From NCBI GenBank assembly GCA_000708835.1, contig DF237192.1, positions 59,878 to 123,877 of the forward strand: a stretch of 64,000 nt of DNA, in the 5' to 3' direction. This document shows, in pieces, positions 47,609-57,360 of this stretch. The stretch comes from Klebsormidium nitens. Taxonomy: Eukaryota; Plantae; Klebsormidiophyceae. A program made the translations under genes and the position numbers. The notes under the pieces were generated by a model. It ran no database searches and was not told the origin of the DNA. It saw only the letters and a program-made list of their open reading frames with translations. Position 1 is the stretch's first letter. Each line of letters begins with the position of its first letter.

Positions 47609-48109
47609 GTGGTCTGTAGGTGGATTGGACAGTGTTCCCGGAACGCGCGGGTTGATGTCTGAGTCTCCGAAGGCCAGCAAAGTTCCAAAGAATAATTGAA
47701 ACCATCCTTCCACGTACGTTGCAGAAGGGAAGGGCAGCTACAAACAGTTGTGATGGCAAAGATATTCTGGGCGTCGGCCCAACGGAAGCTCCTTTGGTTA
47801 TCTGCATTTTGGCACATTTGGAAGGAGATTCACATCCCGTTTCCATATATACGCATTAGTAAAATGTTAGTCCCTCGTTAGTCCCGCTAGCTTCCGTGGG
47901 AGCGTAATGAAACCAAGCTAAAGGCACCACATACAAAGTTCGACTGAAGCATGATGACCAGAGGAGAGCGGCTATGATGCCGAAGAGGGGGTCTTTGATC
48001 CAGTTTGCCCCCAGTTTTATCCATAAGCTGGCATTTACGACGTTGCGGCTTTCAGAGGTGAAAAGCATGATCTCAGGAATCTCGAGGGGCACTTCATAAC
48101 AAAGCTCTG

Positions 48110-48420
48110 CGGTCGCGAGCGGTCTGCAGCAGAGCGTCGGAGCGGTATGTATGTGAATAGGCCGGCGGCCTCGAGCGCCCTGCCCGCGCCCTGCAACTAG
48201 GTGGCCGCGGGCAAATGCACGGCCGCGGCGCCAGCGGACCAAGAGGCCAACCTGTTGTTGCAGTGCTGATGGTGTGATGTCTTTTGGCCGGAATTGGGTG
48301 GAACAGTATCGGCGGTTTGCCAATAAGCTATGCGGGGCCGCTAGCGGGGCCGCTATGCGCTGGCCCTCCTTGCGACCACGGATGCTCGGGATTGCCCGCC
48401 CGCGGGCGATCGTCAACGAA
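48110..48420. promoter_or_regulatory. CGCG-rich island
   Basis: GC/CpG-dense; internal duplication gcggggccgcta(g/t). Confidence 0.28.
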
Positions 48421-48972
48421 GACTTCTAGGCGCTTCGAAGCCAGCGGCGACGAGGGGCTGCATAGGTACCTTGATTGAACTACGATTGCTGTGCTTCCGC
48501 CGGGGCGCTGCAATTTCTTTGGGTGTGATGGATTGTAGTCCTCGGTCGATCACGACTGGAGATACTTCCATTCGGCAATGATGCAAGCAGCGTCCTTGCA
48601 TCGCTTGGCCCCAATTTCTGATAAGGGTCATTCGAAGAAGATCTCTAGCAGTCTGAGCCAACTCGACTGCACCAGTGCTAGGTTTGACCACGGAAACGAG
48701 AGAACCTTTCAACGCAACCGTTCGAGCCGAGTCTTCATTCTCAAACCTCGTTTCGTGGAGTATTAACTGTTCTCTACCCATGTATAGAGAAAGAGCCAGT
48801 AAGCGACATTGGTAGCGGAGGAGTACGTTGACGGCTTTCTAAGATACGGGTCCGTCTACGGTCCGATCCAGCTTGTTTGGGATTTCGTGGGAATCGTCCG
48901 TTTCCGCATTTCTTGAGCAAGTAGTACACTCAAAATCGAACGCTGGGTGCAAAGTTGGTGTGGCCAAATCGA

Positions 48973-49049
48973 GCGGCCAGGATGAGACGTCAATGCGCAG
49001 CAGTTCTTTGGCCCCACATGCAGTCAACCCTTGCTCAGCTCGATGCTGC
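48973..49049 (+). ncRNA. AGGATGA-class member
   Basis: GCGGCC-AGGATGA...TCGA-TGCTGC. Confidence 0.4.
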
Positions 49050-49439
49050 TGGCAAGGCATCTAGACGCCCGAGGGGTTGAGAGCCTCGAAATTAGGTGCC
49101 GGGAGCAATTATGTGCAGGCTGCAAGCGCTCTGCGTATACGCGAGCAGTTCTTTGATTTGTGAAGGAACCACGAATGCTCCCGCCGACAACTGGTCAGCT
49201 GCGCATGCGGGTGCTAGCCGAAATGGACCGCGGAAGTCGCGTCTGCTATTGTTGGTCGTAAGAGTTTCTGTTTGCCAAGGACGCTCGAGGCGATTGCGCG
49301 AAACGGCCATTGGCGCATGATCGCTTGCCCGATAAGGTCGTGCGCGTCCAACATAAAGCTGCTTGAATATTGCGCTCGTTCTTTTTGCAGATCTTTTCGA
49401 CGTAGTGTGATTCCTACGGCCCCTCGCTTACCCGAGTTC

Positions 49440-49720
49440 GCCTCACCTGCCGCACGGCGGCGAGAGCTGGGCCGGTGCGCGGCCGAGCGCTTTCGTGGCG
49501 CACGCGCTAACCGGGCGCGTTAGACCCGCCGCCGCCGGGCGCCTGATAGCGCGCGCGATTTTAGTTCCTGCGCAGGCACGCTAATCATTATAATACGCAA
49601 TATCGGAGCAGGTGCGCATGCGGACCCTTTGCGACTAGGCGGTGAGACGTTTAAGCGGCCTGGCGGCCGCGCGACCGCGGACCGGCCAGCGTCTCCGTAA
49701 CGCGTGCGTTGCGCGAGCGG
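49440..49720. promoter_or_regulatory. CGCG-rich island with a TATAAT core
   Basis: cattataatacgc near 49587 between GC arms; unit at 49758 follows. Confidence 0.35.
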
Positions 49721-49757
49721 TTCAAAGCCTACGGTACAGTCCGTTAAGGTCGCTAGA

Positions 49758-49820
49758 TGGCAGGGAAGTCAAATACGCAGCGCCGGGCTCTAGCCCAAGA
49801 ACTCCAGTACTTCTGATGCC
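49758..49820 (+). ncRNA. Box C/D-like member, degenerate C box
   Basis: TGGCA-GGGAAGT...GGGCTCTAGCCC...CTGA-TGCC. Confidence 0.5.
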
Positions 49821-50653
49821 GTGAAAGGTTTTGCAACTCAGGCCCTGAGTCGAACCGCGCGCCACGTGTTAGATTACTGGGCAACGATGAATTCAAGAGG
49901 CGCCGAGTACATTTGGAAGATGGCGCTGGGGGAAACGTCAAGCCGGCTCTGTGGGCCAGGATAATATTAGCCAACAAGGATGTGACGTGTTCTATAATCC
50001 GTATCCTTCTAGAGATCACTACTCCTGCAAAGCGTCAGAGTCAATCGGATCAGCCGACTTCCGGTATAAAGTGACATCAAAGCATTAAATCTCCAATCAA
50101 ATAGGGCTTCCCAAAGTAAGAAAAGAACACCAACCGTAAATCCTGATAAAAATCGTTTCAATGTGACATGCGAATATATGGCTTCAAATCTGTTTGTAGT
50201 TTGAAGAAGCGGACTTTATGTTAGCAGCTTCGGTCGTTGTTTCTCTTTAGCGGGTTAACCTTGTGGGTTTAGTATTTGACAAGGGCTTCTGCCAGCGGCT
50301 CATTGGGTCATTGGGAGTTTGAATTTGTTCAAACCACAAGGCCACTTTTCCATCTCGGTGGCAGTCACCCGTTATGGTAGAGTATTAGTAGGAAGTTTTA
50401 CAGATTGAAAGCGAAGTACAGTGCAGATGTATAATATGCTCAATGCTTCTTTACTTGGCTAGAGATCCAAAGAGAGTGATTATCAAACATAATTTCTGCC
50501 GGCGTTTCCCTTCTAAAATTTGTCGCAGTCATCTGAAATCCCGAAACCAAGGCAGTTGTAATAAACACCCAAACAAAGCAACGCTGATCTCACTCTAAAG
50601 AGTCTCAGAATGGCTCCACGATTGCCTCATAAATATGCAGACGCGGCCGTGGA

Positions 50654-50716
50654 TGGCAGTGAGGACGTCAGCGGAGTGATGGGCTCAGGCCAAGAGTAGT
50701 AGCCATCCTGAAACCA
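50654..50716 (+). ncRNA. Box C/D-like member, degenerate
   Basis: TGGCA-GTGAGGA...TGGGCTCAGGCCAA...CTGA-AACCA. Confidence 0.4.
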
Positions 50717-51669
50717 TACCGCTTGCCGGGCCATTTTTATTTCAGACTGCGCGCTACACACTGCCACTTAGCAAATGACTGCGCAACTCACGCGAGGTCG
50801 TACTCGAGCTTGAAGCAGATAGTTCGAAGCCCGGTCGAAGCATCTGATCCATGCAGAGCAAGAGCGACTAGCGCTCTGACTTCGACGTGCGCGTCCCGCA
50901 AGGACTCAGGCTTGCCTACGATTGCACAAGGGATACAGAGGCGGCTCGTTGTATCGTATGAAGCAGTTCTAGTACAAAGCGAACCTGATTTTGATAGAGG
51001 CTTTGACGGTTTCCAAAAGCATGGGGTTCTCCTAGATCTTAGGATAGTCCTACTGCAGGACTCGTCCAAGGCCAACGCACGAGAAAGAAACGAATGTTGA
51101 GCGGCTAGCTGTGTCCGGGATTCGACCCAACCATGGATGATACAAATTAAATCCAAATGTGACCATCTTCTTCTTCAACTTCAAAGAACGATGTTTCCAG
51201 CTTGCGTGGTAATCGAAAGGCATCGAGCATCCTCTGATAGCGCATGCCGAGTTGCTGCCTTGTGAATGCATGTAAGGCGTAGCTTTCCAGAGAGCGTAAA
51301 CGCTAGTGACTGCTCCCCTTTTTGTTATTGTATGTACAGACTGTACAGTCGCGTGATCACTCAAGATTTTGCCATAATGGTCGCCAAAGCTCCTGCGCTG
51401 CATTTGTTCCATATAACTGATCAAGGCCCATTCACAAACGTATTCGGCGTTGGTCAAAGCTTGCTAGCTTATAGCAATGCCGTCTAAAAGACTATATTGG
51501 GCAACCGTGACCGAGATAGTTACTGGGACCGCTTTCCAAGTTTCCCATGTCTGATTGTGCTTTCTACCTCAACATGAAGCTACTTGTCAATGTAGCCAGA
51601 GCAGAAAAGCAAATCTCCTCGTGAGCACGTTTCCAAGGTAGTGTGATTCAAAGCGGTCATTGGAACGCC

Positions 51670-52050
51670 GGCACGTGACCGCCCGGTGAGCAGCTTCGTG
51701 GCCGCGGGCGTCGAGGCGCTTCCGCGGCGCGCGCTCTTAGCCGCTTCGCGTCTTCGCGGCCGCGCGCCTCGAGGGGGCTCGCTGCGCGCTCTCTGAGCGG
51801 CTTTGTGGTCGCGTGCGCCGAAGAGTTAGCCGGCCGCGGGCTCTGAGCGGCTTTGGGGCCCCGCGCCCTAAGCCGGCAGAACATCCAGACTCACCGGCCG
51901 CAACCCCTTTCACAGTGCGCAGCTTCGCGCCATCGTGAGCAATCCGAAATGGCCCCCCGGTCGCTGCCCGACTGGGTCGCCGCTGATACAGAAGGCGGCG
52001 GCCGCAAACACGCTTTGCAACCAGGCGGCCGCCGCGTGGCCGCCTGTGAG
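51670..52050. promoter_or_regulatory. CGCG-rich island
   Basis: Paralogue of the 44110 island; internal ctctgagcggcttt repeats. Confidence 0.3.
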
Positions 52051-52332
52051 TGGCCAGAAGCTTACGAATTTTATCATCGCAGCCGTGCTTCAAGGGTTCA
52101 GCACGGCTGAACGGCAAAGGGGTTAAAACTGGTTTAGTGCAATAAGCGCGGGTGCACCAGGTTTCTCGGTCGAGGCAGTGAGCGACGTAACGGGCGCGGG
52201 TTATGGAGACGGATACGGGGTCAAAAGAGGCAGTCATTTCGGCTTGATTACTGTTTCAGTGAAGCGGGCTAAACTTTTTCAAATCCAACACCACTATGTA
52301 CCGTCCATTCAGTGATTCTGTTTGTCGGTGAA

Positions 52333-52404
52333 TGGCAATGAAGTTGAATAGATCTTGGGACTTCAGCCCCGGGGCCCATGCCTCCTTCACAAGCTCCTGA
52401 CGCC
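52333..52404 (+). ncRNA. Box C/D-like member
   Basis: TGGCA-ATGAAGT...TGGGACTTCAGCCCC...CTGA-CGCC. Confidence 0.45.
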
Positions 52405-53895
52405 CCGGTGATGCAACGACTTGCCATCTCAGGTCAATTGCTGATCTTTTGTCAATGTCCAAGCAACCATGCATGCGCACGACCTAATATGCATATATGA
52501 AGCCAGATTGAACCTTGAAGCGAGGCGCCAGATTGCCCAGCCTAAGTGAAAGGCAAGAAGGCTCTTGAACTGGGTCAAACTCGCCTTGTGGCAGTTTGGA
52601 AGCAGTGCATCCGAATCGTAGTCGTAAACACTTCCGGTCGATGATTCAGGCAAGATTCTCTTGTAAATGTACGCTCAAGACCTGGCGCGCGGCACGCACA
52701 GGGGAAATGCCGCCCGTCTGATGAAGCAATCCTTCTTTGCCCCGTATATCACGGGAAGTCGACCTTGCCGTTTGCACACTACCAGCTGACTTGCGCGCGG
52801 TCAGGGCGTGTCCCCGGCCAAGGCGTCGTAGTGACACTGGAGTGCTGGAGTCCGTCACTTCATTTAACGAGATTCTGTACATGCCGCCCTTTTAAGGCCA
52901 GGCCTTTTCATACAAGGGTTGCCTTTGTGAGGCTGTGAGGCTGCGATTTGACAAGGGCTTTAGGCCCAACGAGGATGCCTTTGCACCGATGCCTCTCTGG
53001 CATCAGTTGTTATGACTACTCTGAAAGGACATTGGCGCAGATGAAATTCACGGATTCGATGTCGCCTCGAGTATTCCTGAGGGTTGACCAAACGCTAGTT
53101 AAGGCTTTTTTGACAAGAGCTGATCAATAGTGCTGCCAGCTTCGCTATGCATTTCTTTCTCCCTGCTGAGCTAAGCGGCAAAAATGGGGCCCATAGAACA
53201 TTGCGTGGGATCTCAATAACAGATCCTTCGTTTTAGAAAAACTCACAACATAAACATTTACTAAACGGCTTCTTTTTTAAGCTCGCGTTCGTTACATAGC
53301 TACGCGGAATTCACCCTGATCTCTGGAAGATTTTGGACATTGAATTTGAAACCAAGCACAATTTGGCGCTTTATGGTAAACTCGCAAAATAATGGCAAAA
53401 ACAAAGAGGTTATGAAGTCATTGTGGATCGTGGGCTTTCACTTGAGCCCATAGCAAATCTGCCATGTAAGGACCAATCAGATACCGTCTTCGTGTCTCAC
53501 AGGATTTGGGTCGGTGCAACGCTCCAGGTTTCGCGACAAGCGGCCATGATGCATTGATGGGCGCTTCTGTCCCCATCGGCCAGCTTCGAATATCCTTCAG
53601 TCACGCTTAAAATTGGCGCAGCGTGACGAAGATTGATTTCGGACAGAGCTCGGACGACGTACTTCGGATCAAATTTGGCAATCTTTGGATGCCTGACCAC
53701 GCAATCCCAGTCTCGAACTCTCGTTCTTCAACAACGACTAATACCCAAGTAGTGAAGTAATCTGCGTCATCGGCTGCACACCGCCCGTCACCAAAAAATT
53801 GTTTTGTAAGGGCTTTTGGCTTTGGCTGTCTAGGATTACGCAAAGCTCCCGTTGCGTTATTCTTGCAGTCGCATGTTTATCCGATCAGCATCATG

Positions 53896-53972
53896 AGAGG
53901 CAATGATTGCCATAGTGTTCTCTTGATGGGCCACTGCCCAACAGGGGGTCTCTTACGATCTTGGATGCCTCT
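53896..53972 (+). ncRNA. Box C/D-like member with a 7-bp terminal stem
   Basis: AGAGGCA-ATGATTG...TGGGCCACTGCCCA...TGGA-TGCCTCT. Confidence 0.55.
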
Positions 53973-54595
53973 TCACCAGCAGAAATTTTTCCAACATTCA
54001 TACTACTTGCTCGCTTACCAGCTACAAATAAGCTTTCTCTGCAGAAACGTGTTCGAAGTTGAGGGATTGGGTTTTTACTGTGGTCTCCAGTAGCATTCTT
54101 TAGCAATGTCGACGCTAACACCTCTGCGCTTCTTCGTGCGAGCGTTAATTGCACGTTGTTGTTATACGGTCGGCAGCCAGCTCTTGCACGCTTTCTAGTG
54201 GCATCAGACCTTGCACTTGTCTGCATCAAATAAAGATTTCTCACTCTTTGTTTGTTGAGCAAGGCGCGGGCTTAGTTGAACTCCGCCGACTTCTACATCT
54301 TTCTGCCTTGTTGATTTCCGTTTCCTGATGGCCACGGTCGATTCATTACTCATGTTGCGATGACCAGATTCGTGGCAGATTAGCAAGCGGTCTTCGGCAG
54401 TGCATGCAGTACGTTGTGTTTCTTTGCGTTGGTTCTATACCACAAAAAGACATATCCGTCTCCTTCGTTGTGTCAGACGTAGTACGACTTCCCGGAAAAG
54501 ACTCTTCAGTTCAGCTTGACGTAAGACCGCTAGTCTAGATCTTAAGGATCTTTCCATGCTGCACGCTGGAGTTCCATCAATGCAAGGGAGCCGTG

Positions 54596-54653
54596 GGGCA
54601 ATGAAGACGCCAGCAAGACTGCGGGCTCCGGCCCACTGTAGTAATGATTGCCC
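54596..54653 (+). ncRNA. Box C/D-like member, short form
   Basis: GGGCA-ATGAAGA...GGGCTCCGGCCC...ATGA-TTGCCC. Confidence 0.5.
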
Positions 54654-55812
54654 TAACCCGCTTAATTTTAAGGCCATGCTGTTTGCCGGCCCTTCCCATC
54701 GGAGTCACGCGCTTTTGGCAAAAACCGGGGACAAAGCGGCAGGCTGCTGGCTCTAGGCTGATTCCAGTACTTGAAACAAGAGAAGATCTTGAGCCCATTG
54801 AATGTGTTACAGAAATGCAGAAATGCAGGCCCGCGCTTTGATGTAACATCCCTTGCTGCATTCTAACGCGTGCCCAGCGCGAAGATGCAAAGGGGGCTCG
54901 TTTTTCCAATCACATGGTCACTGGGACAAGTGACACTCCTCATGGGCCAATCTCCCTTACGGTGGCCAGAACGGCTCCTCTCGATAGCATGTCGAAGCCA
55001 GCACATTTTATGTTTAACCACATGTTCTAAGCAGCCTCAGGCTGATATTTCCGGTGTTCGTTCAACACGATACTTGGGCAGCGCGTTAGTCTCTCAGATA
55101 ATTCAAATGTCGAAGCGCCTCGCTTGACTTGTTCTTTCTTAGCTCTTGCAGTGGGATATCGCAATCGGTTAGTACTGAGGCTATGGTGATGGGTTCAGTG
55201 ATACTGGCGGTGAACCAAGGACGGATGAATGGGTCCGACCCGGACGCCTCTCTTTTCTGTAAGTTGACGGCATGTTTGGATTGGTACCCAGCACAGTCCG
55301 CCGGGGCGACTCAGTCTGAAAACGTCGTTTCTTTCGGAAAGCTCTGCAGAGTAAGTTTTCAGTTAATATGTAGAGGCTCTAATGATGTGTAAAGCTTGGG
55401 ATTCGGCTTACGGATAGTCTTGTTGGGGGCAAGAAGCCCCATTACTGAGAACAATGTGAGAAAGCAACCATCATTCGTCGTTGCTGCCAGTGGGTCTTCG
55501 GTCCGAGCCTACTCCATGGATGTTAAAGCTCTGAATTTAACTGCCTCCCTTCTCTTATTGCTCGCCCCAAATCGCTGCATACATATCAGTTTATGCGGTC
55601 AATGTAAAGCTCTGAGCAACGTATAAAAGCTAGCGCACGGAACGGTTGCAACCTAGTTGGCAATTGACTACGTACTATCCGGCAGTCCATTAATTATGGA
55701 AAAATCCTGCCGTACAGATGTTCCATAACTTCGATGAGGCCCGCTTATGATCGCGATCAGAGGTTTTCAGAGGTCGCTTGTTGCGACTTTGATTAAAGTC
55801 CTTACGTAGCAA

Positions 55813-55863
55813 GCGGCCGTGACGAGAAAGTCACTGGGGTCTTCAACACTTACATTGATCGCC
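55813..55863 (+). ncRNA. Box C/D-like member, short and degenerate
   Basis: GCGGCC-GTGACGA...TTGA-TCGCC. Confidence 0.35.
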
Positions 55864-55979
55864 AGTGGACGGTCCAGCCATGATTTGAAGCGGCTTGTTG
55901 AAGCAAAACCCGACTTTTACATTGAACATATGTCAACGTAGTATTAGTAATCTCAAGCGGTCGTTGTTCGTCCACATAC

Positions 55980-56350
55980 GCTTCGCCGTGGGCGCTGAGC
56001 GATTTCGCGGCCAAGTGCGTCGAGAGGTTTTGCGCCGCACGCCAGCGCACGGGCCAATCTGCCGCTGCGCACAATAAGCCGCGGTAAGGCCTCGCGCGCT
56101 CAACTCGCCCGCACAGTATAACGATCAACCTATCTGGTAGCGCGCAGCCGCGCGCGGCGCTCTGATGGGAAATCCAGACACCCTAACCGACCAGGCAGCC
56201 GCTGATCAAAGGAGCACCGGCGGGCGCTTTGAAACCAACTGGCGGCCGCCACGTGAAGCCCCTGAATACAATAGCCGGGCGCAGCGGACCCTCTAGAATC
56301 GTTGATGTCGCAGCGTTCAGCGAGATTGCGCGTCGCTCGGCCCAGCGCCG
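55980..56350. promoter_or_regulatory. CGCG-rich island with a TATAA core
   Basis: cagtataacgatc near 56114 resembles tattataacgatc at 42153. Confidence 0.33.
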
Positions 56351-57039
56351 CCGACAAAGGTTTCGAATGCAGATTGTTTCAAATGACAGCGCAGTTGCAA
56401 TAATACTTGGATTGGCAGACTCAGCACTGATATTCCGAAAGGGCCTCCGAATGGACTTCAAGTGTAGGTTTGCAGTACTCAGGCGGGCAGTGCATATGGT
56501 CTTTTTGGCCTACTAAGCAAGCGGCTAGACCATAAGTCCGTTTTACCCTCATTATAAGTGCGTCGAACGGAGATGAGGTCGGGTGATATCTGAGCTCCAA
56601 CATAGTGCATCTCTTATTCAACATGCGTCTGCATCTCTCGCAAAATCAGAATTCTCCGTAATTGAGCTCGGAAGCTGCTGGCGCAGAGTCATATTGAAGT
56701 GTACGACTAATAAGGTTTGCGGATCGGAACCAAGCGCCAACCCCGTGCTGTAAAAGGGAGTGTGTAAACACCGGCGTTAAAACCAGCTTGGTGTGTCGAT
56801 CAGCCAGTCAATCAGTGCAGCCGACACGGACATGTGGCCATCTCTGTCACAAACTTCCAATGAACTGATTCTCGACGCGTTGTGATGGGACAGCGCGCTC
56901 GGCTGCGGACTCCTTCCTATTCATACAAACCATATTCCGCATGTTAGACATTGTAATTTTATTGCACCCGGCCGCTCCTTGCCCTTAAAACGACCCCAGA
57001 ATCTACTGTAGATTATCTGCCTTAATGAATGCCGTGTGT

Positions 57040-57360
57040 AACACGCGGCTGCAGTCGGACCGTACCCCCCCATGATCGTGCGGCATATAAGATCACCGCC
57101 GCGGGCCCGGGCGCCGGCCGCGCCCTGGGCCGTCGCGCGAACCGGCCGCGTTGAGGAACTTTATTCCGTCGCGGGCGGGAACTCAGGTTGCCGCGGCCGG
57201 CCATACGTAAACCTGGCGAGTTTCGGTCAATGATCGGACGGTCGATTCACAAAGCATCGACTGCATCGGACGGCTCTGTGTCGAGCAGACTTAAATCGAG
57301 GCTGCCAGGGCAGGCCGCGCTCGCTCTAGTTCGCAGATATTACAATAATACACTCCGGAC
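57040..57360. promoter_or_regulatory. CGCG-rich island, possibly the GATA-gene promoter
   Basis: catataagatc near 57084 flanked by GC-rich arms; last island upstream of the GATA gene. Confidence 0.3.

Noticed and set aside
52256-52882. Minus-strand ORFs that read protein-like (DIDKRSAIDLRWQ..)
   Set aside because: No recognisable family, no consistent splice model, and overlapped by a + strand C/D-like unit at 52333
21744-54653. TGGGCY/GGCCCA as plant site II (TCP-binding) promoter elements
   Set aside because: They occur as self-complementary hairpins at a fixed position between C and D boxes and covary away from TGGGCY (TGGGT/ACCCA, TGGGAC/GTCCCA)
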